A stretch of 64,000 nt of DNA from Polymyxa betae A26-41 (taxonomy: Eukaryota; Protista; Endomyxa: Phytomyxea): NCBI GenBank assembly GCA_003693705.1, contig RBZT01000781.1, positions 93,510 to 157,509 on the forward strand, given 5' to 3'. This document shows, one piece after another, positions 27,982 to 39,715 of the stretch (its first letter is position 1; each line of letters starts with the position of its first letter). The notes under the pieces were generated by a model. That model did no database searches. It was given only the letters and a program-made list of their open reading frames with translations, and was not told the DNA's origin. The position numbers were made by a program, and so were the translations under genes.

Positions 27982-29962
27982 GGCAGATTGTAGGAGGACG
28001 AAAACTGACGCCTAATTAGCACGATGGTAGCCAAATGAATCAGAACGAAATCAAGAAACAGCGCACAGAAGAGCTCGTCGCCAGCGCAGGACAGTAACCT
28101 GACTGGTGCTGACCTCTCCTGTCAGTGCGCTCCCAGTGGATCATGGTTACAACCGAACTGGTCATCAACGGAAACCCTGTCACCGCTTCTCACCTACACT
28201 GATGCTGGCCTGTATTATTCGACATGAGCTGGGGGCTGCCGCCTATATACAGTCGAAACAGACTTAAAGCGGCCGTTTATGCAAACGGCGGAGCCCGCTC
28301 GGGCTGGGTGATTTGACAGACACTGAACGAGTCATGGGCAACGCAACTACGTAACATTTGGCATGTAGAGCATCATACTGTACGAATTAAGTTGGCAATC
28401 TGGCTGGCGTAAGCCGGGCTGTAAGTATGTCAAGTGCGTATGTCCACTGTTTGCAGTCTTTATTTTAGGCTTGTTGGGCCAGAAAGTCGATAAATTCCAG
28501 TCAGTTCAACGAACAAAGACGACACGAAAAGGAGAGAAACTCGAAAACCCCGTCATATCAGCAATGTCTACAATGTCTGCTGCCACAGGGCTGCGCTGTG
28601 AACAATCGCGGCGTTTCTTCAAAGGCGGAGCCCTCGCCGTTGCGACATTGCTACAATGGTGTGCTCATCATGAGGCGGATCATAACAAACCAAGCATGCC
28701 ACTCACTATCGCTCTGAAATATCAATTAATCGCTCATGGAGTTAGGGCAAGGAAGTTTCTGAATGCTGCTCTATTCCTTGCGCTAACGAGAGAATGCCGC
28801 CTGTCCAGGGATATCAGCGATCCTTCGAATCCAACCTAACTTTGATTGTTCATACTCGTTGTTGCTCGCTTAGATTGTTCATTTGGGCTCTGTGCAAGGG
28901 AATTAGTTTGTATCCATTCTTTCCAGCATGGAGCATCTTATGAGGCTATTCACTTGCTCTGCAATTGTGTTTATTTTTTGCTGAATCTGCTGATGATGGA
29001 GGGTTGCCGACCTTAAGAGTGTAGGAAGGGAATACTAAATTACTTCTGCATGTGATTGCATTTGACTGAATCAACTAAAGGCTGTTTTTGTTATGATTTG
29101 GTGTAGATCAGCAAACTTTGAATATCACCAGTTCGATTGCCGATGATATGCTGATTTATTGTTGATGATATAGATAAATAAACCATGCTAAAGCGAAATT
29201 AGTTGAATTTATTTTATTTAATCCATCAACTGAATTCCATGATAGCTATACTGGCCATTTTAAAATCTCTTTCCGGTTATGGTCACATTGCTTAAAACCT
29301 GTAAATCGTATCGAAATAAGTCGGATATGTGCTTAACTTTTTCAAATGCTATATAACTCGATCTTGGCAATGCTGAAAGATGCAGCACTCAAAGACAGTG
29401 ATAGTGCCCCAGACTGGCTAATCTATGCGCTCTTGTCTGGCTTATCGATATATCAGTAGCCGAGCGCAAGCTGTAAGGTTTCAAAGAAATCATCCATTGC
29501 ATCTATGCCATTCTCGTTAAAGATGGACCTTTCAAAACTCGTTTACAATGTCTATCCAGTATATTGAGTTTGATGATTGCACAGTACATATGCATCTGGG
29601 ACCTTCTCAGAATTTATATTCAAATCATGATTGCGGTCCTCCACAAGGTTCAGTTATAGTTCATGCCAATCATTTGCCAACCAGCGATTTCGACCACGAA
29701 CTGAAACCATATCAAATTACTGCATCATATACCAAGCATACAGCTATCGCTTGCTTGGGTTTAAATGGGTCCCCAAGTGCTCTGAATTGAATAGATTTTT
29801 GTATTTTATGCACTGCTGCTTTTCCAGATTTTGATCGAATCAGCTGTTATCGAGTAAATTGCTGTCTATCAAAGAAATGGTCATGTCAATGTAACATTAC
29901 TTCACTACCGTTATAAACGTGTAGCCCCGAGAGTCGTCATCATAGTTCAGACTTGAAAGACG

Positions 29963-32385
29963 ATGGCGGTCTCGGCCCACCCGTCCATGACCTTGAAGGT
30001 TCGCGATGCGGTTGCCTCCTGGGATAAAATCGTTAGCGCCCAGGAGACAGCAGCTCTGGCGGAGGCCATGCAGAAGGCGCTCGACCACGATCGGTTTAGC
30101 GCGCCTGCCAGGCCTGTTGTTCTGCCTCCAGCCTCTGATCCTCAATCACTGAAGAATGTATTATCGTTTTATTACGAGCTGAAGACAGAATCAGAATCAG
30201 TGGCGGCTGTATATAGCCGAGGTCGGCTACGACTATCGTCGCTATCCGCTACGAAAGCCGTCCTATCGGATATGATCGGGCGTGTTCATTCCATTTGCAA
30301 TCGAATGGATGCGTTAGTATCGCTAAATCGGTCGATTGCTGAATTTACCGATCAGATTCGGCAATCGTGTCAGCTGCTCGCTAAAGAAAAAGAGCAGCTG
30401 GTCGCCCAATCTGATTATCTCAGCGATGTGCTATCACATTTTGATGATAGCAGGCGACTCGGTATCTCATTTCAGCAATTTTTCATTTCTGTTTTTGATG
30501 AAAGCACTTTTTTCTTTATTGTTTCTCTTTATTTTGTAACTGCGGTTTATTTTTTTGTAATGAATGTATATCAATTTGCTTCAGCTCATAGGTTGTCGTT
30601 AACTAATAACATCTCGGCACAAGAATGGGCTTCGATATTGAATCGTATTGACGAATGCACATCGTTCATGAAGAAGCATCAAGACTATGCAGAAGCCCGA
30701 CGTCATCTGCCCCAGTTCCAACAAATACGAACTCAGGCGCTATCAAAGCTTTGCACCCAGTTCCAAAAGATTCTTCAGTCGTCAATCGAAGCGAACCCAG
30801 TCGTTCCAAAGGACCATTTCTCCATTTCACTCCTTTCTTTTAGATCCGCTGCCAGCAGCGCTAGACCATTAATCGCAATTTTGGAACGGAAATCGGGCAT
30901 CTTCAATGAATATGATGAAGCTCTCCAGGAATGTGTTCAAGCTTATTACCAGATTCGGCAGAAGCTTTTGTATGAGACTTCAAATCAGTATATCACCTCG
31001 CTAGCAGAATCGAAATCACTGCCCGACTTTTCCCGAACGGCCTCTATTTATTTAATACGTATATGCTCGGTCGAAGCTCGACTGTTTTCGGATTTCTTTC
31101 GAGCAGAGTCATCCTTCTCGTTGTTTCTACAGCTGATTTCAAGTGTCAGCAGCAGGTTCGCAATCATGCAATTGTTTAATTGAACATTTGTCTTTGAATT
31201 GTAGGCTTATTTCTGTTTAATGTGTGATGCATTGGATTCTCTTGTTGTTGCTCGACATTTCACTATTCAACCATCTTTGTGCTTTTTGTGTTTTTTCTTT
31301 CTCAAGATTACGTTGCTACTGAAACAAATTGTAACGTATGACGGTTATAAACCTGATTTAATATTCGTTTGCGTTAGAATGATCTGACTCTGTTCAGCCT
31401 TTATATACACATTCGATCTCGGGTCATCAACGAAGAGGATCTCGATATTCTCTCCGATGTTATCAACATCGTCCAATGCGAGATCCTCGATAATGAAGTC
31501 ATTCCGCGCGGTGATGAAGTCAACCCGATCATTCCTGTCCTGCAACGCATAGTTGAGGACGTTCAAGAACGTCTCATTTACCGTGCCACTATCTACATTC
31601 GCGACAACGTCTCTGGATTCAGCCCGAATCCTGATCATCTTAACTATCCAGGCTCGCTGATAGCCGCTAAAGAGAATGGCCCAACTTCTCTATCTTGGTA
31701 CCCGGTTCTAGAGTCCTGCCTGATACTGCTGTCGAAGATCTATCGCTCGGTCGAGCGCCATGTGTTCGAGATGTTGGCCCAGGACGCGATCTCGGCGTGT
31801 ATCCAATCATTACACTCTGCCTCCGAGATGTTTCCAACCAGAGACGATTCATATCTGTTCCTGATTCGTCATCTAGCCATTTTAAGAGAGCAAATATCTC
31901 CCTTCAACCTCAGTGGCGGATTCACCGAGCGTGAATTGGATTTGTCGCATGTGACCGGGTCGTTTCGGCTGCTTATCTCCGGTCGTCTACCAGCACTAAC
32001 ACTGACGGAAACTGAGGTGAATATTCAGCTCGCCTTGGAGGCCGATCTGAAACGAACCTGTGAGCTTTATATTCATCATGTCGTTAGGTCGCTTATTTCC
32101 GGCGACAACCTTCCACCGGTACGGTTGCATCATTTTTGATTTGCTGAACTTAATGACTTTTGTCAGGCTGAAAACTATGACGATCTAGTTCGTTCTGCTA
32201 GCGAGAAGGAGCTGAACTCTGATCCCGTCGCGTTTCAGCAAGGCTACCAGTCAATGCAAGATCAATTATCTTTGTATTTTGGTGGATCCGAAGCTACTCT
32301 GATTGAACCGATCAATAATCAGATCGACCATTTGATATCAGAAATCAGGAAATCGGCGAGTCTCAATATTGAACAGCAGGAATAA
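29963..32385 (+). CDS. COG3: Conserved oligomeric Golgi complex subunit 3 (Sec34)
   Basis: EDVQERLIYRA, DHLNYP, WYPVLESCLILLSKIYR, FEMLAQDAI and LFLIRHLAILREQISPF. Introns at about 30462-30584, 31156-31397 and 32119-32166. Confidence 0.9.
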
Positions 32386-32684
32386 ACGCCAATGTCTGAC
32401 TCCCGCTGTCATCGATGTCACAGATAGGGCTAATCGGCATTTCACTCAAATTTTCATAGCTCCTGTTTCATCGTTGGCAAAGCTTTAGTCAGGAAGAAAT
32501 GTCTTCTCATCTTATCCACAACAAATTACTTGCTCCTTGGATGATGATTGGTAAGTCGTTGGACATCATTTTGACTGGTAATACATGGATGCGATTGATT
32601 GACATAAGGTATTGTATAGATGTGAATAGAGTATTTGGTAGGTAATTTACTAATATAACAAGCATCAACAATACAGATCGAAGA

Positions 32685-34958
32685 TCACTCCGAATCGCTT
32701 TCAGCTTCCTCATCATCGGATGACGATATCACAAAATCATCAATCTCATCTTCGGCGTTTGAATCTCCATCCGATGAGTTATTTTTGCCTTCGCCATCTT
32801 TGCATTCGCCATTTTCGAAAGCATTAATGACGTCTTCGACATCCGATAACAAAGAATCATCATCCGATTCGCTGTCAACCTGTAACTGTGGGATTGTATC
32901 AGACTCAGGTTCCAGGCTGCCGGCCGACTCGGAGTATGCCTCCAACGGCGGCTTGGGCAGCGCTGCACCCCAAGCAGCGATCGCCTCGCGATCTTTCGGG
33001 GAAAACTCGCATTCGCCGCGCCGGGATTCGATAAACGTCATATTGCTGGCAATCTGTACTGCGAGTTTCTGGGCCAATTTTCGGAAACGAACGATCTAAA
33101 GAGAAATCAGTCGATATCAAGAAGCAACGACACAGCAACGACCTTGGTGTCAGAGGCGAACTTGGACAGAGTGCGACGGATCGGGGCGCTCAGCTCCGGG
33201 AAGGCGATGCTTCTTGAATGTCGAGTAAGATGGAGACGCAGAAGGGCAACGGCACGATTCACAACCGCGTCCTGGAACGCCTTCGAGCGCAGCAGCGAGT
33301 TCGGTGCGGCGATCATCGTCTCGATGGGCGGTGCTTTGGCCGTGGCGCGCGCCGCTGCCGACGGTTCCTTTGCGGTTCCAACCGCAGCCCAGTTCGTGGC
33401 GCAGATCACACCCAGCAGCGGCGCCGAGATCGGCACGTACTGGCCCGTGACGGAGGCGACCTGGTGCAACATTTCGGCGCATTGCAGATGGAGCGGGAAG
33501 TATTTGTTGGAGGCGTGCGATCCGATCAGGGCCAGTACGATCTGGACGAACGGGTAGCAGAGCGGACGCAAGGCGGAGCGGGGGTCGGCGGCCAGCCGGG
33601 CCAGTACATGGGCCCAGACCCGCGCCGAGTTCAGCAGCTGGGCGTCGACCTGGGTCGTGTTGGCCCGCAGGCGGACGGCGATCTGTCGAATGTAGATGAA
33701 GGCGTGCTGGTAGGCGGCATCCGTATCCAGGGCGAACACTTCCACGATGCAGTTCTGCATGAACCTAAGCCAGGGGTTAGGGTTTTAGGGTTTGCCCGAT
33801 ACTCGCCGTACCGGAGCATGGGGGCATTGACGGCCGTCAGGAACTTGGCATTGCGGACGAAGGTGCCGTACAGACCCCGGAGAGCGGCGCTGACAAAGGC
33901 GGGCCTGGTTTTCAGTGCCTGTATCAATGATCGTAGCTGGAAGAACGCCTCTATGCGTGCCTGATCGGCTCCCTTGGACCAGAGCTGCAGTAACGCCTTC
34001 AGATATCTATGACACAGCTTCGGGAATGCTGCGAACAGGCTCAGAGTCGGACTCAGCGCTCGTAACGTCCGTCGCTGCAGGCGTGACTCGACGCACTGGC
34101 TCACGAAATGGACCGCATTGCCAAGGAACGATCGGGTCGCCGATTCCAGCGCTTTCCAATGCGGCGATCGTTTCGGATTGGAGCCCAGTTGCTCGACAAG
34201 CAAGCCCGGGACGTACTGGACCGCAGACGAGCGTTAGATTACAGACGCTTGTTGGTGATATCACAACTGACCTTCAACAGGGCGCTCAGGAGACGGTCGA
34301 ATGCGGCCGGGTCGCCAACACGCAGCGCCTCGACGGCCACATCGGCCTCGGATTTGTTGTTGATGGCGTTGGAGTCCCCGTTGGAGTCGGCGTCGGCGGC
34401 GTGCGACGCCACCCGGAACAAGCGAATCAAACGTTTCAGGCTGCGCTGTGATTTCTCCTGTCTGGCGCTACGCAGCAGGGCCGGTACGATCTTGCTCAGA
34501 TCGGCCGATGCCGTCGCCTCGTCTGGTTCTTCATCAAGGTCGTCATCATCTTCGTCGACGATGTCATCTTCATCGTCATCGGGTTCGTTGACGTCGCCTT
34601 CACCGAATTTCAGAAGATCGGGGTTGTTGGCGATCAGATGTCGGTAGAACTCCGGGTCTGTCTCAGACAGAGCTTTCATCTCGGCGGCGTGAGCAGCGAC
34701 TTCATCCTTGTCATCATCGTCTGGACCTGCTGCGAGAAGATCGTCAATATCCATCTCTTCGACAGGTTTCGATGGCGTCTCCGCTGTCTCAATGACTTCT
34801 TCGTCATCGTCCATGGCTTCAGCCTTGGCAGAGACACGCTCACGTTCGTGACGTCGCCGTTTATTGGCCTTAGCAATGGATGATTTTGGTAGACGGCGCA
34901 AATCGCCATTGCCGGCTTTCTGTCGCAGCTTTCGGGTCTGTTTCTTACCTTTGCCCAT
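32685..34958 (-). CDS. NOC2: Nucleolar complex protein 2
   Basis: ALSETDPEFYRHL, RFMQNCIVEVF, AYQHAFIYIRQIAVRLR, YFPLHLQ, SIAFPEL and FIESRR. Three introns. Confidence 0.93.
33773..33793. repeat. Telomere-like tract GGGGTTAGGGTTTTAGGGTTT inside NOC2 intron 33765-33811
   Basis: The 47-nt intron (sense GTACGG...AAACCCTAAAACCCTAACCCCTGGCTTAG) restores the conserved PMLRFMQNC. Confidence 0.9.
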
Positions 34959-35042
34959 GGTGAGCGATTTCGAAAATCAGCCCGACGATTTTCTGAAATT
35001 GTTCAAGAGAGACCCCCGCGGAGTCCGTCGCGCAAAAACCCT

Positions 35043-36185
35043 TCAAAATTGGATGATGTATTGTCGTGCCGATTCGTAAGCGAAGAAGCCGGCGGCATTG
35101 GCTGGGAACGCCCTCACCAGACAGGGGGCGAATCCACGCCACAGACCGCGCCATCCGCCACGCTGTACGACCTCGGACCAGGCCGCTACGAACCCGCCGT
35201 CTGGCAGCCACGAATGCCGCCGGAACCGCCCTCCATCCATCTCCGTCTGCAGCAACGACTTCACCACATCCTGTACCATTGAAATCATTCGCTTGGCGGT
35301 CGTACCGCCTCTTCCGGGGCGTCCGTCCTACCTGCGGGTACGATGCCGTCCAGCAAGCGACACCGGACAGACCGCCGATCACGAGCTGCTCGGGGACGCC
35401 GACGACGCCGTTCTTGGACTCCGCCACGGCTTTCAGCGATTCGTACGTGTAGAACTGGGCGGCATAACACGGGACCTCGCGGACCATGGTGGCGCTCATG
35501 CCCCGGAACAGGCCGCGAACCCCGTCCCGGGCCAGTATGTTTCGCAGACACTGCAGGACGCCGACCCGGCCCGTCTCGATCTGCAGCCGGCATTTGACCA
35601 GCTCGATCGGACCGACGACCACTACAGTCCAGGTTGGGTTTTAGGGTTTTAGGGTCCTCGGGGTTCCCGTTGTACCAGAATTCACCAAACCGGCGATGGC
35701 GCCTGCTGCGCTCGCTTCCAGTGCGGTCGGCGCCCGATTTGGGTCGTCGCGGACCAGTACGGCTCGCGATTGCTGGAACGCCGCGAACACGATGGCGTTG
35801 ATGGCGGGGACGGCCGCCATCGGCGCTGCCATTCCTTTATATAGGCTCAGCAGTCCCTGCGAACATCAGATCATGCCCTAGGGGACCAGTACGATTCGCT
35901 TCCCGGACCTCGCGGCGTACTGTGCGATGGAGACAGCCCAGGGCGGTCTGCGGATGCGGCGATGTCTGGACACGAACCTGGAAGAAAATTCAGCGATAAC
36001 GACGTCGTGATAGTGCGGCGGCGAGACTTTGATGAGATCGAAGGGGTGCCCTGTGGAGACGCGATCAGCGGCGACCGAGATGATGGTCGGTGCGGCTAAC
36101 CGACGAGTAGGATGGCGACGCCGGCGGCACTGCCTGCCAGCAAATCCTCAGCGATCGTCAGAGGACGCCCCGACCTCTCATTCAT
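35043..36185 (-). CDS. Mitochondrial carrier (SLC25; carnitine/basic amino-acid carrier-like)
   Basis: Three PxDxxKxxxQ signatures (GHPFDLIKVRVQ, GPIELVKCRLQ, YPQDVVKSLLQ), plus REVPCYAAQF and RAFPANAA. Five introns. Confidence 0.9.
35636..35654. repeat. Telomere-like tract GGGTTTTAGGGTTTTAGGG inside SLC25 intron 35622-35675
   Basis: The 54-nt intron (sense GTACAA...CCCTAAAACCCTAAAACCC...TGTAG) restores LVNSVVVGPIELVK. Confidence 0.9.
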
Positions 36186-36982
36186 TGTTGTCGCCACAAC
36201 ACAATTAATGAGAGAGGATACAGAGTGACTTTGAAACATAAAGTTCCGGTTCATTAAGTCTATTTAAGGTCAGTTGATGATGTCTGTAGGATCATTGAGA
36301 GCTTCTCGAAGAGTTCACAATTGTATGCAGATCAGTAATAATAATTACATATCAATAATAATTCATTAATGTGTGGATTTAACATGGTTTTCAGTGACTA
36401 GATTCTTGTCACAACTCCCAGATGGGGTTGGACCCCGTTGGCAATAATCGAAGCTTGCCTTCCTTTCTGAAAGACATCATTGGAATAATAGTTTTAACGG
36501 TGGGTACCCGGGCAATGGGGTTACAAGGATCATAAGTCCACAGTTGGCAGGTTCTATTCAGCATCTGGATAGTGATAATGATGGTGAATGAATATTGATC
36601 GAGCCATAAAAAGGCGAATCGATGGCTGAATTAATGTGAAAAGACCATGTTGCTGGGAATCGTTCCGGACTTCAACGTTGATGCTCGAAAGAGCCAGCAC
36701 GGGCCCGCTGCAATCCATCATCGGCGTCATCCTACGGTTTGAGCCAGAAAGAAGTGAATACTATTTGATATAAACAGATAGGTCAGCACGACAAAGTACT
36801 AGTACTGCAGGAGGAAATTGCCCTTGGAAAGATCATTGTCTTTTTGATCAAGAGCGCATTAAATGTGCGCCACACACGCACTTTATTTGGCAGAGATTTA
36901 TCCTTCTTATTTCTCAAAAAAAGCTGCTGTTAGGCTGAAGGTGTGGAATCCATTAGGAATCTCCTGCAGCAGGTTTCACATC

Positions 36983-37402
36983 ATGATCGAATCCGACCTG
37001 GGATCATCAGTGCCATTGACCCATCCCATCATGTCAGCCTACAATCACTATACGCCCTTCATCATCGTTGACGTCGGATTCGCTGCAGATCGCCGCCATC
37101 TGGCTCCTATCTGGTCGTCGACGACCAGGGCCTGGTCCTATGCGGCCAGGGCGATCTCCTCGTCGAGCAACGAACTGTTGGAATCATGGCCGTACTAATC
37201 CTCGCCTGTTAACATCGTATAGATCGCCGGACCCGCGCTCGACCTGCTTCGCTCCGTTCATCGCCTGAATCCGTCGTCGACGAAGCCTCCTGCAATCACG
37301 CTGGCGTCGTCAGATCGACAACTGACGCTCAGCAGCGACGGATCCGTTCTGGTCGTGTCCGCCGATCGTGGCGACGCCGTCATGTGCTCCGATTCACGCT
37401 AA
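36983..37402 (+). CDS. LAMTOR5/HBXIP-like roadblock-fold protein (Ragulator subunit), 3 exons
   Basis: Hand splicing (introns 37033-37088 and 37177-37222) gives ...SYLVVDDQGLVLCGQGDL...IAGPALDLLRSVHRLNPSSTKPPAITLASSDRQLTL..., which resembles LAMTOR5 (DSQGL, AGVISVLAQQAAKL, PVVCLES). Confidence 0.55.
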
Positions 37403-37569
37403 TCGCTGTCTTGTTGCTTCAAACTCTATCCGATGTCTTGTCTGCCAGCTACGATTGCAGCCCAAAAGCAAGGTCCAGTACGACCGATGATGATACAATA
37501 CGTTAGCGTAGTTTTATGTGGGAAATTATTTCACGTGAAAATTATTTATCATTGTTGTTTGCGGTTTGT

Positions 37570-38550
37570 TCAGGGCTGTTCGAATGCGCCGGGCCAGACG
37601 CCATCCATCTTACAGAAGCTTAATGTCGAATCACATCCGTCGTAGCATTCATCGGCTGTAATGAGATCGTATCCGTGCTTATCGGCGAAGAATTTCTTCA
37701 CCATTGGTAGCAATCCCATACTACCGCCTTGCACATACGTCTTATCGTGCATCAACATCACGACACTTCCTTGACCATCAGGAATCAGCTGCGCGTATTT
37801 CTCCCCGATTCGATCCATCAAGAAGGTGGCGTTGCCGCCGCGGAAGTCTTCCGTGTCCAGATTCCAGGTGGCGATCGTGTAGCCCAGCTCGTTGGAGATG
37901 AACTGACCGCGAACGTAATCCAGAGATCCATACGGCGGTCGAAACATGTTCAGACGCAGCTTATCTTGCTGAGATCCGGCACATTTCACAACCCAATCGC
38001 GGGTCTTTTTCAGATCGTTGGTGACGTCTACATCGACCATGCCCATGTAGTCGTCATGCTTGTACGAATGAAGCTTGATCTGGTGCCCTTCTGCTAAGAT
38101 CTTCTCGATCATGGCGCATTTAGCGCTATCCGGTTCGCCATCGACGGCGGGGGTCACGAAGAAGGTTCCTTTGGCGCCGATCTGTGCCAGGTCGGCCAGA
38201 ACGTTGGGCGTTGCGGCAACCGAAGGACCGTCGTCGAATGTCAGGACGAGTTTCTTCTTGTGCTGTCCGCACCAGTTAAACGATTTCACCGGGCCTTCCT
38301 TCCCACCAGACGATGGGTTCGTTATTGGCGCTTTCTTCGTGGTTGTTGTGGTGGCGTCTGTTTTGGAGGCGGTCCGATTTCCGTCGATGACGACGTAGAT
38401 CATTGCGGCCGCTGCCAGAAGCAGAAGAAAGCAGACCAGAGCGCAGCAGAACTGTTTCCAGCAGAAACCGCCGCCGGCAGGAGCGCTCGAGTTGCTGTCA
38501 TACGAGGCTGAGTACGAGGGCTCGGAATTGTAGTTAGTCGTTCGAGCCAT
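37570..38550 (-). CDS. CE4 / NodB polysaccharide (chitin) deacetylase with N-terminal membrane anchor
   Basis: All five NodB motifs are present: TFDDGP, HSYKH, RPPYG, DTEDF and LMHD. Hydrophobic segment at about aa34-55. Single exon. Confidence 0.92.
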   Translation of the reverse strand: MARTTNYNSEPSYSASYDSNSSAPAGGGFCWKQFCCALVCFLLLLAAAAMIYVVIDGNRTASKTDATTTTTKKAPITNPSSGGKEGPVKSFNWCGQHKKKLVLTFDDGPSVAATPNVLADLAQIGAKGTFFVTPAVDGEPDSAKCAMIEKILAEGHQIKLHSYKHDDYMGMVDVDVTNDLKKTRDWVVKCAGSQQDKLRLNMFRPPYGSLDYVRGQFISNELGYTIATWNLDTEDFRGGNATFLMDRIGEKYAQLIPDGQGSVVMLMHDKTYVQGGSMGLLPMVKKFFADKHGYDLITADECYDGCDSTLSFCKMDGVWPGAFEQP

Positions 38551-39715
38551 CGGTGCTTTAAAATTCGATCTTTCCGATTACTTAGAAAATAACGATAGTC
38601 GCAGGCCGAAACAGGCGAAGGGATAAATTTCGGGGTAATAAGATTGTGAGGTCTCTCATAGAAAGTTTTGCAAATCATTCAACATATTGACTCAACTGTA
38701 CATGACACAACCGGAACATATGGACTCAATCATCCCAAACTTGGTCGGAATTTTGAAAATCTGGCGATCAAGGGCGTTAAAACACCAATTGGTCCAATAT
38801 GACAGTTGGCAATTTGTTAAAATGTGTTATTATGAAATTGACAATGGTTCCGAAGGATCCAGATTGTGATAGTTATTTCGACATCGAACACATAAGTTTG
38901 TTGAAAATAAGTATTGGTGAAGCTCATAAAAAATCACTGGAACCGAAACATGACTGTACTTATACGACGTTGCATTGCACGAAATATCAGCGCCCTTCTG
39001 GACTTGTTGGCACTGTAGCTGGTTGCAGTTCTGGCTTCGCAAAACTTTCCATTGTCTAAAGACTCGCCTTTAGTGTGTGAAGTACAGAGGGAAGAGTGAG
39101 GTGATAGACTGATAGAGCGATGAACACGAGCCACCGATGAACAGAGCGTCGGGGGGTGGGGGCTGCGCCTCCCATTTGGATGCAGGCTCTACTGAGTCAG
39201 AATTGCCATGGCCAGTTAGAGTCCCTTGATGGTTGACCCAATCACCTAGCGGAAACTTTCTACAATCAGCAGACCGACAGAAATAAGAATCATTTGCGCA
39301 TTAACAAGTGAGAGAAAGTCTAAGTCAAAAAAAAACCTCCGTCAAACGGCCAGAACAACGACGAAAGAGCTTCTTTGAATTTTCTCATGCCATTATCGTG
39401 CGAGCCTCCTCGCTCTAAGCAAACGTAGGGGTTACGGTGTGCTTTGGCCAATAAAAAGTATTGGTTCTTCAACTCAGTCTGTATTAGTATTGCCTTTACA
39501 GAGTAGGTCAGAACTCAGAAGTGACTGAAACCGCAGCGACTATGCCGGGCATCTTCTGATCCGTGCAGATCAAGATTCAAAAGTATATGGTGATTGGTGG
39601 GGCGATGGGGTATGTGGGATGGGGTGCTAAAATGAGAGAGGGGGTCCCCGTTTCACCTGATATTGTCTCGATTTCTCTCTCTTGGAGGTTATTTGTCTAG
39701 TTCATGTGCTAGACG

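Noticed and set aside
28471-29834. Short ORFs upstream of Argonaute
   Set aside because: AT-rich, no motifs and no coherent exon chain.
31156-31397. Longer introns (COG3 about 240 nt; also ARV1 about 165 nt and MetRS about 130 nt) as snoRNA hosts
   Set aside because: No convincing C/D boxes with a terminal stem or H/ACA structure by eye. A covariance-model search would be needed.
33144-35652. Many long plus-strand ORFs over NOC2 and the SLC25 carrier
   Set aside because: These are antisense shadows of GC-rich coding sequence with no recognisable motifs.
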